The notes: generated by a model not told the origin, from the sequence alone. A stretch of DNA of 64,000 nucleotides from Longimicrobiales bacterium (GCA_965218295.1 CBDCKN010000015.1:160001-224000), one strand, 5' to 3'. Counted from the first letter of the stretch, positions 1 through 10,344 are shown. Translations and numbers: made by a program.

Positions 1-2582
1 TCTCCCACGGACGCGACCAGGAGGGATCCGTGGGTCGGCTCCTCACCCGGGTCGGTGAGCTCGAGAAGCGGCGTGAAGCGTTCGTCCCACTCGCTTAGGA
101 AGTAGAGGCCCCGCTCCTGCACCCACCCCTCGAAGTCCGTCTCCGTGATTCGATTGGGCGTGTTGAATACGGGGGATCCTGGATCCAGCAACGCGAACGG
201 CGAGCTCTCGTCCGTCACTCGCGGGGCCGACCGATTTCCCATGCTCACCGGGTAGGGAGCGAAGCCACCCCGGGGATACTCGAACTTGTTGTACTGCACG
301 ATCACCGTCCCGCCGGCCCGGGCGAACTCCAGGATCCGGTCGTTCGCCGCCGTCACGTCGGGGCGAGTCTCGTATACCCGGATCCCCAGTACCAGGACGT
401 CGTACAGGGAGAAGTCCCCGTCACGGACGCGTTCGGCCGTTACCTCCTCCACGTCGGCACCCATCTGGCGGAGGGCCTCCAGCCCGTCATCGCCCGACCC
501 CATCACGTAGCCCACTTTAATCCCCGCGGCCACCGTGACGGGTAGAACCGAGGCCCGCATCTCGGCGGGCTCCATGTAGAGGGTGCGCTCAACGTGCGGA
601 TAGTCGATGATGTCGACCCGCTCGTCGAAGCGGGTGCCGTCGTCCCGGATGGCCAGCGCCCGGAAGAAGTGGGCACCGGCATCCACGTCTCCGCCCGGCT
701 CTACCGTGAACGTGAAGCCCCTGCTGGAGCCCTCCACGTCCATGGTGAAGGGGACGCTGGCTGGCGTGACCTCCCAACCCTCGGGAGCTTGGAGAGCCAC
801 GCTGCCGGCCGCTCCGGAGTTCGAGTCGTTACGGAGGAGAACCGTCATTTGCCGTGCTTCGCGGGAGCCCTGGGGCCACACCATGCCCCTCGGCTCGATG
901 GCTACGGACAGGGCCGGGGTCGTCAGCACCGGAGCGCGGAATTCACCGCTGGTGTCCACCCCTACGTATTGGGCCCGACTCCCCCACACCAGGTGCACCG
1001 GCCCGTTGATCCCCGGAATGTGGAGATCGAACTCCCCCGCCGCGCTGAGGAGTGCCCTCCAATTCCGAGGGAGGCTCTCCGAGCCGTCGGTACCTGCCCA
1101 CCGATACATGTCTCCATCCCGTGGGGACTCGAGGTAGTAGAGACGGGACACTGGGAGCGCGTCATCGAGGCGCACCCGGTAGCTCCAGCGTGCCATCTCC
1201 CCGGAATCCAGCTTTCGAGGATCGAGGGTCTGCCCGTCGGCACCGATGAACTCCGCCGACCCGCCGGCCCATTCTCCCGGCCCTGCGGTCCGGACGAGCG
1301 CTCCGTCTATGCGGAACGGCCCACCGTTCCAGACCCGCACGTCCAGATCCACCTCCTGGCCGGCGGTCACGAGATCGTCGCTGGCCCTGACATCGACCAC
1401 GATGGACGCTGTCTTGAGAAGAGCCCACCGGACCTGAGCGGCCCGCACCGCCAGGAGCTCGGTCAGGATCGATCCGGCGTCCGCCAGGTCTCGGGCGAGC
1501 CCGAAGGTGGCCTGGAGGTGACGATAGGCCAGAGCCAGCGGTGCGGCCGCCCGCTCGGGGCGGAGGGCGTCCAAGGACTGGGCGGCATCGTGAACGGCGG
1601 TCCGATACGCCCTGAGGTGCTCCCGGATCGGCGCGGCCGTCTCCCCCGGCAACCCCGCCGTGAGCCCGGCGAGCGTCGTGTCGACCCCGGCGAAGATCCC
1701 GTCGTCGCCGGCCGACTCCCGCACGTGGCTCTTGGCGAGCCGAAGGCCCGAGGCCTGCTGGCCGAGAGGCTGAGGGGCTCCCATATCCTGGGACCTGTGT
1801 TGGCTCCGGCTCTCCATGGCCAGCTGCAAGTAGGATCGGCCGAGAAGGGGGTCGAACGTCCCGGTGGGCACCGTGACGGGCGGCGGCCCAGGGCTGCGGC
1901 GAACGGAGTGGTAGAGCTTGTCCGCCCTCCAGGGTCGGGCCGCGCCTCCTGGCAGATCCGCGAATCTCGCCGGGTCAGCCGCCACATCGAAGGCCGCGCT
2001 GGCCAGTATGCCGCTGGCCTGGTGCTGTCCGTGGCCGTCGCGGGCCGTGCCGGACCAGACCGAGACGATGACCTGTGGACGAAAGGTGCGGATCACCCAC
2101 ACGACATCCCTCAGGATCTCGTCCCTGGGCCAGTGGGTGAAGGCCTCGTCGGCGCTCTTGGAGAAGCCATAGTCGTAGGCCCGCGTGAAGAACTGTCGCC
2201 CGCCGTCCAACCTGCGCGCCGCCTCGAGCTCCCCCGTGCGGATGATTCCGAGACGCTCGCCGAGCTCGGGACCGATGAGGTTCTGGCCGCCGTCCCCCCG
2301 GGTGAGGGAGAGATACGCCGTCTCGACCCCCCTACCCCGGGCCAGGGCCGTAAGCAGACCGGTATCCTCGTCGTCTGGGTGAGCCCCGATCATGAGCACT
2401 CGCTTGACGCCATCGAGCCGCCGGAGCGTGAGTCCGGCCTCCACGACGCCACTCCCCTCCGGACCGATCTGCGCCGAGAGCGGTCCGGCGCCGAGCATCG
2501 ACGCCACCAGGGCCGCGATCAGAACCGTTATCGGCCGGGGCGCACTCCAGCCCCGCGGGCGTCTCCTGCATTTTGTCGTCAT
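1..2582 (-). CDS. PIG-L/LmbE family deacetylase, large secreted multidomain form; 3' end runs off the window
   Basis: Absent from the ORF track because it has no stop in the window. Manual translation from ATG 2582 gives a signal peptide, then VLMIGAHPDDED, YLSLTRGDGGQNLIG and FTRAYDYGFSK; the same frame reads DPGEEPTHGSLLVASVG at the window edge. Confidence 0.85.
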   Translation of the reverse strand, partial: MTTKCRRRPRGWSAPRPITVLIAALVASMLGAGPLSAQIGPEGSGVVEAGLTLRRLDGVKRVLMIGAHPDDEDTGLLTALARGRGVETAYLSLTRGDGGQNLIGPELGERLGIIRTGELEAARRLDGGRQFFTRAYDYGFSKSADEAFTHWPRDEILRDVVWVIRTFRPQVIVSVWSGTARDGHGQHQASGILASAAFDVAADPARFADLPGGAARPWRADKLYHSVRRSPGPPPVTVPTGTFDPLLGRSYLQLAMESRSQHRSQDMGAPQPLGQQASGLRLAKSHVRESAGDDGIFAGVDTTLAGLTAGLPGETAAPIREHLRAYRTAVHDAAQSLDALRPERAAAPLALAYRHLQATFGLARDLADAGSILTELLAVRAAQVRWALLKTASIVVDVRASDDLVTAGQEVDLDVRVWNGGPFRIDGALVRTAGPGEWAGGSAEFIGADGQTLDPRKLDSGEMARWSYRVRLDDALPVSRLYYLESPRDGDMYRWAGTDGSESLPRNWRALLSAAGEFDLHIPGINGPVHLVWGSRAQYVGVDTSGEFRAPVLTTPALSVAIEPRGMVWPQGSREARQMTVLLRNDSNSGAAGSVALQAPEGWEVTPASVPFTMDVEGSSRGFTFTVEPGGDVDAGAHFFRALAIRDDGTRFDERVDIIDYPHVERTLYMEPAEMRASVLPVTVAAGIKVGYVMGSGDDGLEALRQMGADVEEVTAERVRDGDFSLYDVLVLGIRVYETRPDVTAANDRILEFARAGGTVIVQYNKFEYPRGGFAPYPVSMGNRSAPRVTDESSPFALLDPGSPVFNTPNRITETDFEGWVQERGLYFLSEWDERFTPLLELTDPGEEPTHGSLLVASVG

Positions 2583-2785
2583 GTCACGAACGTATCTCCC
2601 GCCCTGGATGCGCGAAAATCCGGATCGGTCACTACCGACTCTCACCGGGCCACGGAAGTGCCAGCGGAACCTTAGGCGGGGGGCCCCGGGATTCTGCATG
2701 CGAAATCCCTTGCTTGTCCGAAGTTCGAAGGCACGGATATGTTGGGCCGAACTTCAAACGGCCTATTTGCCCCGGAGGGTAATCG

Positions 2786-4174
2786 ATGAATCAGCCCCGC
2801 GACCATTGGAGCTCCAACCTGGGCTTCATCCTGGCGGCCACCGGCAGCGCCATCGGTCTGGGCAACCTCTGGAAATTCCCATTCATCACGTGGGAGAACG
2901 GGGGCGGGGCCTTCGTACTCATCTACCTCGTCTGCATCGCCGGCGTGGGCCTACCCATCATGATGGCCGAGCTACTCATCGGCCGGAAGACGCAGAAGAG
3001 CCCCGTGGGCGCCCTGAAAGAGGCCGTCGGTCCGCTCTGGGGCTGGGTGGGCGCGTGGGGGGTGATGGCGGGATTCATCATCCTGAGCTACTACGCCGTC
3101 GTCGCGGGATGGTCTCTGATCTACTTCGTGAAGACGGTGGGATGGAGCCTCTCGGGGTTCCCCGTCGGGCTGGAAGCAGGAACCGTGTTCACCGATCTGA
3201 TCGGCAACGGCGGAACGCAGTTCATTCTTTCTGGCCTGTTCATGGCGGCGACGGTGGGGGTCGTATACTTCGGGGTCCACAGCGGAATCGAGCGGGTGAC
3301 CCGCATTTTCCTACCCGTCCTGTTCGGGATCCTCGTCATGCTCCTCGTGAGCGCCCTGACCATGGAGGGCTCCGGAGAAGCGCTGGCCTTCATCTTCCGG
3401 CCCAACTTCAGCGAGCTGCAGCCACGTGGGATTCTGGAGGCGCTGGGGCACTCGTTCTTCACCCTGTCCCTGGGCATGGGCGCCATGATCACCTACGGGT
3501 CGTACGTGCAGCGGGGCAGGTCGCTGGTGAATGCCGCCGGGATCATCGTCACCCTAGACACCATGATCGCTCTGTTCGCAACGACCATCATGTTCTCGGT
3601 CATCTTTACCGTGCCGGGAATGGCCGATGAGGTGGGCAAGTCGGCGGCCGGGATGCTGTTCATCTCCCTGCCCCAGCTCTTTTACGAGGTCGTCCCCTTC
3701 GGTCGAGTACTGGGGCCCCTCTTCTACGTGCTGGTCGCACTGGCAGCGCTCACGTCCACGATCTCGCTGCTCGAGGTGGTGGTGAGCTACTTCATCGACG
3801 AGCGTAAGATGAGCCGTCCCAGCGCGACGCTGCTGAGCGGGGGCGCCATCTTCGTGTTCACCATTCTGTCGGCGCTGTCCTTCGGCGCCCTGCCCGCGCT
3901 GTCCAGCTTCGAGATCTTCGCCGGGAAGCCCGGCGTCTTCGCGACGCTCGACCACTTCGCCTCCAACTGGGCTCTCCCCATCGGCGGGCTGCTGATCACC
4001 CTGGCCGCCGGCTGGTTCATGTCCCGCGAGGACACGGAGTCAGAGCTCGTCGACGAGACCACGCCGGGCTGGTTCAACTATAGGGCGTGGCGGTTCTTCA
4101 TCCGCTTCGTCGCTCCCGCTGCCGTGGCGGCCATCCTGATCGCCGTCATCTTCTTCGGCGCCGACTTCTCGTAA
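2786..4174 (+). CDS. Sodium-dependent transporter, NSS/SNF family
   Basis: GSAIGLGNLWKFP, GGGAF and FFTLSLGMGAMITYGSY motifs; many TM segments. Confidence 0.93.
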   Translation: MNQPRDHWSSNLGFILAATGSAIGLGNLWKFPFITWENGGGAFVLIYLVCIAGVGLPIMMAELLIGRKTQKSPVGALKEAVGPLWGWVGAWGVMAGFIILSYYAVVAGWSLIYFVKTVGWSLSGFPVGLEAGTVFTDLIGNGGTQFILSGLFMAATVGVVYFGVHSGIERVTRIFLPVLFGILVMLLVSALTMEGSGEALAFIFRPNFSELQPRGILEALGHSFFTLSLGMGAMITYGSYVQRGRSLVNAAGIIVTLDTMIALFATTIMFSVIFTVPGMADEVGKSAAGMLFISLPQLFYEVVPFGRVLGPLFYVLVALAALTSTISLLEVVVSYFIDERKMSRPSATLLSGGAIFVFTILSALSFGALPALSSFEIFAGKPGVFATLDHFASNWALPIGGLLITLAAGWFMSREDTESELVDETTPGWFNYRAWRFFIRFVAPAAVAAILIAVIFFGADFS

Positions 4175-4316
4175 TCGGGTGGGAGGGGGGCTCACGCCCC
4201 CCCGTGCGCCCCCCGGGTTGCCTTTCCCTCTCGCGAAACCTTGGCGATCTTTTCATGTTTCTCATGGTACCAGCCCAACCAGGCCCGGCATCGCACGCGA
4301 ACCAAGTGCCACCCGC

Positions 4317-6413
4317 ATGATCTCAGACCTCCTCAGCCGGCCGACCCCTAGGCGCTCCGCGACGCTCCGCTTCGACGGGCGCATCCTATACCTGGTGGAC
4401 GACTCGGCGCTCATGGAGGCCCAGTTGGCCGGTGGCCAGGACCTGGAGCTCACCGAGGAGCTCAAGGTCAGGCTTCGCGATCAGATCAGCACCGACGAGA
4501 TCACCCCCGCGTACATCTGCCTCTTCTACGACGAGACCCTGGGAGACTTCCCGTACCTCGGGCTGTCGACGGTCAATCCGGAGACCGGCGCCATCGAGTC
4601 CCCGGTCGGGCGGAACGCTGTGAGGAACGGGGGCTTCGTCTGCTCCGTAGCCGGGAAGCGCCGGGGCAAGGGCAGCAGCCGCGAGGCGAGCCCGTACGCC
4701 GAGCTCAAGGCCGGCCTCCAGGTCGTGGTGGCCGAGAGCCTGGAGCGGATCTACAACGAGAACTGCCAGAACCTGGGTATACTCACCACTACCGACTTCG
4801 ACATCATCCGCCGCATCGAAGAGGGAGACCAGATCCCCCTCTCGATCTTCACGGCCGGACAGGACGAGATCACCCGCCAGATCATCGAGTACGGGGGGCT
4901 TTTCGAGTTCAACGTGGCCCGCCTCCAGGGCAAGGCGACGGTCCCGGAACCGAAGCGCGCCGATGACGACTCCGCGCCCTCGGCTCCCATGACATTGGCG
5001 GATAAGATCTTCGCGAAGCACTGGGTCGTCGACGCGGCTAAAGGCGAGATCGGGGTGCCCTGGGTGGAGCCGGGCGAGGCGGGGTTCTTCCACACCGACA
5101 TCCGCTTCTCCCACGAGTACGTGACCCCCATGGCGGCCATCTTCTTCGAGGAGAAGGTCGGCGAGACAGGAGAGGTCGTCGACCCGTCCAGCGTTCTCTT
5201 CTTCCGGGACCATCTCACATTCCTGTCCAAGGTGATGAGCCAGGAGCGCATCGAGCAGGGCCTCCTGGACGTGGCGAACGAGCTCGAGGTCAAGCAGAGG
5301 AAGTTCGCCGAGAAGCAGGGGATCCGGCTCTACGGTGAGCAGATGGGCCATGAGCTCGGCTCCGAGGCCATCTGCCACTCGAAGATCCTGGAGGAGTATG
5401 CCGAGCCGGGAATGCTCATCATCGGATCGGACTCGCACACTCCACACGCCGGAGCCATCGGCTGCGTGGCGTTCGGCGTTGGGACCACCGCGATCTTCAA
5501 CTCGTGGATCACCAAGGACGTCCGGGCCCGGGTGCCCGAGTCGTTCAAGGTCGTGATCTCGGGCGAGCCCAAGGCCAACGTGACCGCCAAGGACTACATG
5601 CTCGAGATCCTGAGAACCCCGTACATCCGGGACGGACACGCCATCGGTCAGGTCATCGAGTACGCGGGCCCCGCCGTGGAAGCCCTCTCCGTTGACGAGC
5701 GTGCGACCATGACGAACATGGCCGCCGAGGTGGGCGCGTTCACCGGCATCGTCGGCGCGGACGCGAAGACCGTTGAGTTCCTCGTGAACGACCGGGGCAT
5801 GGACTGTTCCGCGGCAGAGGCGCTGATCCAGGGGATGCAGAGCGACCCGAACGCCTCGTACGTGAGGGTCATCGAGATCGACGCGTCCACCATCCAGCCC
5901 ATGGCGGCCCTCCCCGGCGATCCCGGGAACGGGGTGCTCATCTCGGAGCTGGAGGCCGAGCCGATCCGAATCGACATCGCCTACGCAGGCTCGTGCACGG
6001 CGGGCAAGAAGGAAGACATGGACATGTACGCCCGGGTCTTCCGCGAGGCGCACGCGTCGGGAGGGCTGAAGGTGCACCCCGACGTCGAATGCTTCATCCA
6101 GTGCGGCTCCGTGGAGGTACGCGAGTACTGCCGGGAGAGGGGCTACTTGGAGCTGTTCGAGAGTGTCGGGGCCTCGTTCATCGAGCCCGGCTGCGGCGCG
6201 TGCATCAACGCGGGCCCCGGCGTGACCCGCTCGCAGGACGAGGTATCGGTGTCCTCGCAGAACCGGAACTTCCCCGGCCGGTCCGGCCTGGGGCAGCTGT
6301 ACCTGGTGTCCCCCTACTCGGTGGTGGCCAGTGCCATCGCCGGCTTCGTGACCCAGTGGGAGCCCGGCAAGACCATCGAGCCCATCACGCCTCGTAAGCT
6401 GGCCATGGTCTGA
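4317..6413 (+). CDS. Aconitase/3-isopropylmalate dehydratase family protein; swivel (LeuD-like) domain fused N-terminal to the [4Fe-4S] (LeuC-like) domain
   Basis: DQISTDEITP, GSSRE and RIYNENCQNLG, followed by GSDSHT, AGSCT, PGCGAC and NRNFPGR; start moved to ATG 4317. Confidence 0.85.
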   Translation: MISDLLSRPTPRRSATLRFDGRILYLVDDSALMEAQLAGGQDLELTEELKVRLRDQISTDEITPAYICLFYDETLGDFPYLGLSTVNPETGAIESPVGRNAVRNGGFVCSVAGKRRGKGSSREASPYAELKAGLQVVVAESLERIYNENCQNLGILTTTDFDIIRRIEEGDQIPLSIFTAGQDEITRQIIEYGGLFEFNVARLQGKATVPEPKRADDDSAPSAPMTLADKIFAKHWVVDAAKGEIGVPWVEPGEAGFFHTDIRFSHEYVTPMAAIFFEEKVGETGEVVDPSSVLFFRDHLTFLSKVMSQERIEQGLLDVANELEVKQRKFAEKQGIRLYGEQMGHELGSEAICHSKILEEYAEPGMLIIGSDSHTPHAGAIGCVAFGVGTTAIFNSWITKDVRARVPESFKVVISGEPKANVTAKDYMLEILRTPYIRDGHAIGQVIEYAGPAVEALSVDERATMTNMAAEVGAFTGIVGADAKTVEFLVNDRGMDCSAAEALIQGMQSDPNASYVRVIEIDASTIQPMAALPGDPGNGVLISELEAEPIRIDIAYAGSCTAGKKEDMDMYARVFREAHASGGLKVHPDVECFIQCGSVEVREYCRERGYLELFESVGASFIEPGCGACINAGPGVTRSQDEVSVSSQNRNFPGRSGLGQLYLVSPYSVVASAIAGFVTQWEPGKTIEPITPRKLAMV

Positions 6414-6508
6414 GGCAGAGGATGTCCACGCTCGAACCCTTCGTCCCGGATCGAGCGCTCTATCCGTTCGACTCCCGCTGGTTCCAGAGCAGCGTCGGGC
6501 AGGTCCAC

Positions 6509-6536
6509 TAAAGATCCGGCAATCGCTTGCCGGATC
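6509..6536 (-). terminator. Hairpin terminator downstream of the tRNA pair
   Basis: 10-bp perfect stem GATCCGGCAA/TTGCCGGATC, GCGA loop on the minus strand, short U tail. Confidence 0.55.
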
Positions 6537-6539
6537 CGA

Positions 6540-6612
6540 TGGTCGCTACTGGACTCGAACCAGTGACCCCTACGATGTGAGCGTAGTGCTCTACCAACTG
6601 AGCTAAGCGACC
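6540..6612 (-). tRNA. tRNA-Val(CAC)
   Basis: Cloverleaf with acceptor stem GGTCGCT/AGCGACC-A, anticodon arm CTACG-CT CAC AT-CGTAG, T-loop TTCGAGT; CCA not encoded. Confidence 0.95.
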
Positions 6613-6662
6613 CCGGCTGAGAACGCGGCGCCCCTGCCGCGATCCAGTCGTTCGAGAATCAG

Positions 6663-6735
6663 TACCCCCACGGGGAATCGAACCCCGGTTTCCTGGCTGA
6701 GAACCAGGTGTCCTAGGCCACTAGACGATGGGGGC
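6663..6735 (-). tRNA. tRNA-Glu(CTC)
   Basis: Acceptor stem GCCCCCA/TGGGGGT-A, anticodon arm CCTGG-TT CTC AG-CCAGG, T-loop TTCGATT; CCA not encoded. Confidence 0.95.
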
Positions 6736-6880
6736 AAATGCTGTGCCCTCTCGCTGGGAGGGCCGAAAGCATAAATAGGATGCGCTCCCGATTCAACCCC
6801 ACGGAACGGTGGGGTGCCTATGGGTTAAGTCATCAAGTCCCAACGGATTGGGCAGGCAATCAAGGGAACCTGAAAGATAC

Positions 6881-7171
6881 ATGGTCGAGAAGCTGAACGA
6901 CGAGTCCATCCGTGGGTGGTTGGACGGGCGAGAGGGGTGGAAACGGAAGGGCAAGAAGCTGACCAAAGGGTTCAGTTTCGCGTCCTTTCGTGACGCCATC
7001 GTGTTCGTCAACCGAGTGGCCAGCCTGGCCGACGATATGGACCACCATCCGGACATCGACATCCGCTACACGACGGTGAGCCTGACGTTGACGACGCACG
7101 AAGCGAAGGGTCTCACCCAGAAAGACCTCGACTTGGCGGGGCGGGTCGACTTCGCCACCTCGGCGCGCTAG
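6881..7171 (+). CDS. phhB: Pterin-4-alpha-carbinolamine dehydratase
   Basis: DHHPDIDIRY, LTTH and GLTQKD motifs; 96 aa from ATG 6881. Confidence 0.9.
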   Translation: MVEKLNDESIRGWLDGREGWKRKGKKLTKGFSFASFRDAIVFVNRVASLADDMDHHPDIDIRYTTVSLTLTTHEAKGLTQKDLDLAGRVDFATSAR

Positions 7172-7176
7172 GCCAC

Positions 7177-7833
7177 CTACGGCCCCAGATCCAGCAGCTC
7201 CCGGGGGCTCTCCAAGTAGAAATGTGGCTCGACCTCCTCGAGCCGTGCCCGCGTGAAAGGCCCCCACAGCGCCGCGGCCGTGTACACCCCGGCCGCCTTA
7301 CCCGCTATCGCGTCATAGGGAGAATCCCCTAGAAAGACCACGCCCCCCGGCCGCTCGAGGCCCAGGCGCTCCATGGCCAGGTTCACAGGCTCGGGATCGG
7401 GCTTGCCCTTTCCCACATCGTCGACTGTGACGAGCACCTCGAAGGCGTCCTCCATCCCGCAGCACGCCAGAGTGCGCAGAGTCATCTGCCGTGCCTTGCT
7501 CGTTACCACCGCCATGCGCGTGCCCGACTCCTTCAGGCGCGCCACCGTCTCCACCACCCCGGGAAACGCGCGCACCATCTCGTCGTGGACCGTGCGCTGG
7601 AACGCGACGTACGTCTCCACCATGGCCTCGGCCTCCTCCGCCGAGCGGGCGAAGTCCTTCATCTGCACGCGCAGGGGCATGCCCATGGTGGCGAGCCAGT
7701 CGTCGTCGTCACTCTCCCGGCCGAGATGCGTGAGGGTGGCGTGTCGAAACGACCGCAGAATGAGCCCGGTGGTATCCGCCAGGGTCCCATCGAGATCGAA
7801 CAGGACGGCGTCCCAGGAGTGGGCACGGGTCAT
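7177..7833 (-). CDS. HAD-IA family hydrolase (PpaX/phosphoglycolate phosphatase-like)
   Basis: FDLDGTL, VVTSK, KPDPEP and GDSPYD motifs. Confidence 0.88.
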   Translation of the reverse strand: MTRAHSWDAVLFDLDGTLADTTGLILRSFRHATLTHLGRESDDDDWLATMGMPLRVQMKDFARSAEEAEAMVETYVAFQRTVHDEMVRAFPGVVETVARLKESGTRMAVVTSKARQMTLRTLACCGMEDAFEVLVTVDDVGKGKPDPEPVNLAMERLGLERPGGVVFLGDSPYDAIAGKAAGVYTAAALWGPFTRARLEEVEPHFYLESPRELLDLGP

Positions 7834-7864
7834 GAAGTAGCCTATGGAGCGGAGCGGGATCGGG

Positions 7865-9205
7865 TCATGAAGCGAGCCCTTCCCGTATAACTTCCACCAG
7901 ACACTCGATGCCGAAGTCCACCTGCGCCTCGGAGATCACCGCCGGCGGCGCGATCTCCACGACCTCTCCTCCAGCGCCGGCCGGCAGGACCAGGAGCCCC
8001 CTGGAAAGGGCGGCCTCGGCGATCGAGGCTCCGGCACCGCCCGGACCATCACCCTCCAGCGCGCTCAGCTCGATGCCGATGAGCAAGCCTCGGCCGCGGA
8101 CGTCCTGCACGCCGGGGGTCACTCCGACCAGAGCCTGGCCAAGGCCCTCGAGCAAGCGGCCGCCCAGGGTGGCGGCCCGACCTGCCAGATCCTCCTCTTC
8201 CAGGACGTCCAGGAAGGCGAGCGCCGTGGCGCACGACAGGGGGTGACCCAGGAACGTGCTCGTGTGCAGCGCCTCGCCCGTGGAGTCGGGCCACGCATCC
8301 ATGACCTCCCGAGGTCCCAGACAGGCGCTCACGGGAAGACCGCCGCCCAGCGCCTTGCCTACGCAGAGGATGTCCGGAGTCACTCCCTCGTGCTCGAACG
8401 CGAAAAGCGTACCCGTGCGGCCGAAGCCGGTGAAGATCTCGTCGAAAACGAGAAGAGCCCCGGCCGATCTCGTCAGCTCCGCCAGGCCGCTCAGGAATCC
8501 GGACGGCGGCACGCGTACTCCCGCCCTCCCCTGAATGGGCTCCACGACCACCGCCCCGATGGGATCCTCGAACGGGCCGTCTCCCGCCAGGATACGCTCG
8601 ACCTCCACGAGAGCGGCCTCGGCATCCTCGCCCTGGGGAAAGGGCGCAAAGGCCACACGGTCGTGAAGTCGTCCCCGGAACGGCGCCCGGAAGTAGGTGC
8701 GTTCCGTCACCGCCAGGCTCCCGAGGGTGAGTCCGTGGTAGCCGCCCTCGAACGCCAGGACTCCGGACCGGCCGGTAGACAGCTCGGCGGTCTTGAGAGC
8801 GATCTCGACAGCCTCCGATCCGGAGGAGGCGAGAACTCCCCGGGTCTCCTCCCACGGCGCCAGGTGAGCGAGCCGCTCCAGAAGCTCGAGCTTGAGCTCG
8901 GGCGGGTGCACGTCCCCCATCCCGTGAACGAGGCGGCCGGAATGCTCCTCGAGTGCAGCCCGGATGCGTGCATGGGCATGACCCGCCATGGCGACACCGA
9001 AAGCACCGGTGAAGTCGACGTAGACGTTCCCGTCCACGTCTCGCACGTTGGCACCGGCAGCGGCTTCCCAGAACACCGGAAATCGCTCGGATAGGAACGT
9101 GACGTTCCTGGACTCGACTCGTCGCAACCGCGCCGCTAGAGCCTTCGAGCGCGGTCCGGGCGGGGGGGTCAGGACCGAGGGCAGGAGCGAGCCGAGGTCA
9201 GACAT
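7865..9205 (-). CDS. Class-III PLP aminotransferase (GabT/ArgD-like)
   Basis: SGSEAVE, GYHG, EPIQG, DEIFTGFGRTG and GKALGGG; true start is ATG 9205, and the upstream ORF extension is MITE sequence. Confidence 0.9.
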   Translation of the reverse strand: MSDLGSLLPSVLTPPPGPRSKALAARLRRVESRNVTFLSERFPVFWEAAAGANVRDVDGNVYVDFTGAFGVAMAGHAHARIRAALEEHSGRLVHGMGDVHPPELKLELLERLAHLAPWEETRGVLASSGSEAVEIALKTAELSTGRSGVLAFEGGYHGLTLGSLAVTERTYFRAPFRGRLHDRVAFAPFPQGEDAEAALVEVERILAGDGPFEDPIGAVVVEPIQGRAGVRVPPSGFLSGLAELTRSAGALLVFDEIFTGFGRTGTLFAFEHEGVTPDILCVGKALGGGLPVSACLGPREVMDAWPDSTGEALHTSTFLGHPLSCATALAFLDVLEEEDLAGRAATLGGRLLEGLGQALVGVTPGVQDVRGRGLLIGIELSALEGDGPGGAGASIAEAALSRGLLVLPAGAGGEVVEIAPPAVISEAQVDFGIECLVEVIREGLAS

Positions 9206-9210
9206 GGTGC

Positions 9211-9447
9211 TAGAAGGCTGTTGAAGGAGTACAGCGGGTCGCGTTGCGGATGCCACGGCCCCAGATCCTAGGCGGAGCGACGACGCCATAGCCGTCGCTA
9301 CGGTTAGGAGCTCCAACAACGGGGGCACCGCGCGAAGCGTGGTCGGGGCCGTGCCACCGCAACCCACGAACATGTATGTTCATACCGACTCTTGTGTTGG
9401 GCACAGGGTGGTTGCGCGGCCCACTGTACTCCTTCAACAGCCTTCTA
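9211..9447. mobile_element. MITE-like element, 237 bp, with 24-bp perfect terminal inverted repeats
   Basis: TAGAAGGCTGTTGAAGGAGTACAG at 9211 and its exact reverse complement ending at 9447 (extends imperfectly to about 33 bp); TA at both ends; internal fold-backs; no transposase. Confidence 0.85.
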
Positions 9448-10344
9448 CTCTTCGCCGAGCGGATCCTCGGCGGCCATGCCCATGGCGTGAAAGCCCATGT
9501 CCACGTGCAGGGTCTCGCCCGTGATGCCGGCCCCGAGGGGAGAGCACAGGAACGCCGCGGTGTTCCCCACGTCGTCGGCGGTGTTGACCGCGGGAAGGGC
9601 AGCGTTTTGCCGATAGTAGTCCACCATGCGATCGATGGACCCGATGGCCCGGGCCGCTCGGCTGGCCAGAGGGCCCGCGGAGATCGTGTTTACCCGGATG
9701 CCCCAGCGCCGGCCCGCCTCGAACGCCAGGGTTCGGGTGTCGCTCTCGAGGGCGGCCTTGGCCGAGCTCATGCCTCCTCCGTAGCCCGGGATCACCCTCT
9801 CGCCCGCCAGATAGGTCAGGGACACCACGGATCCGCCCTCCCTCATGAGGGGACCGAAGCGCTGCACCATCCCCACCATCGAGTACGCACTGGCGCTGAC
9901 GGCTGCCAGGTACCCGGCCCGGCTGGTGTCCACCAGGAGCTTCTGCACCTCGGGCGCGTTGGCCAGCGAGTGCACCAGAACATCCAGGCAGGGGTCGCCG
10001 AAGTCGCTCCTGAGACCGTCGGCAACCTCCTGAAGCGTGTAGCTCGACAGGTCACGGTAGCGCTTGTCCTCACGTATGTCGTCCGGCACGTCGTCGGGCG
10101 TATCGAAGACCGCATCCATGGGATAGATCCTCTCGAACTCGATCTTACCGCCTCCGGGCAGGCTCAGGTCCAGCTTTCCCCGTTTCAGGCTCTGGGTGAA
10201 GATCCTCAGCACGGGCGGCCAGGTTCCGACGCAGATGGACGCACCGGCCCGGGCGAGGGCCCTCACAATGGCCCAGCCGTAGCCCTTGTCGTCCGCAACT
10301 CCTGCCACGAACGCTCTCTTGCCGGTCAGGTCTATGGGCAGCAT
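9445..10344 (-). CDS. fabI: Enoyl-ACP reductase, plastid/Chlamydia-type FabI
   Basis: [37 protein letters not shown] and [12 protein letters not shown]. Confidence 0.92.
   Translation of the reverse strand: MLPIDLTGKRAFVAGVADDKGYGWAIVRALARAGASICVGTWPPVLRIFTQSLKRGKLDLSLPGGGKIEFERIYPMDAVFDTPDDVPDDIREDKRYRDLSSYTLQEVADGLRSDFGDPCLDVLVHSLANAPEVQKLLVDTSRAGYLAAVSASAYSMVGMVQRFGPLMREGGSVVSLTYLAGERVIPGYGGGMSSAKAALESDTRTLAFEAGRRWGIRVNTISAGPLASRAARAIGSIDRMVDYYRQNAALPAVNTADDVGNTAAFLCSPLGAGITGETLHVDMGFHAMGMAAEDPLGEE

Noticed and set aside
594..2675. 693-aa plus-strand ORF and the many other long antisense ORFs (e.g. 4386-6077, 19790-21838, 36546-38282)
   Set aside because: Shadow frames of real GC-rich genes on the opposite strand, with no recognisable motifs.
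6540..6735. tRNAs as an integration site for an island or prophage
   Set aside because: No integrase nearby, and I saw no duplicated tRNA 3' end in the window.
9206..9373. N-terminal extension of the aminotransferase in the ORF track
   Set aside because: It is read-through of the MITE; the family-like sequence starts at ATG 9205.
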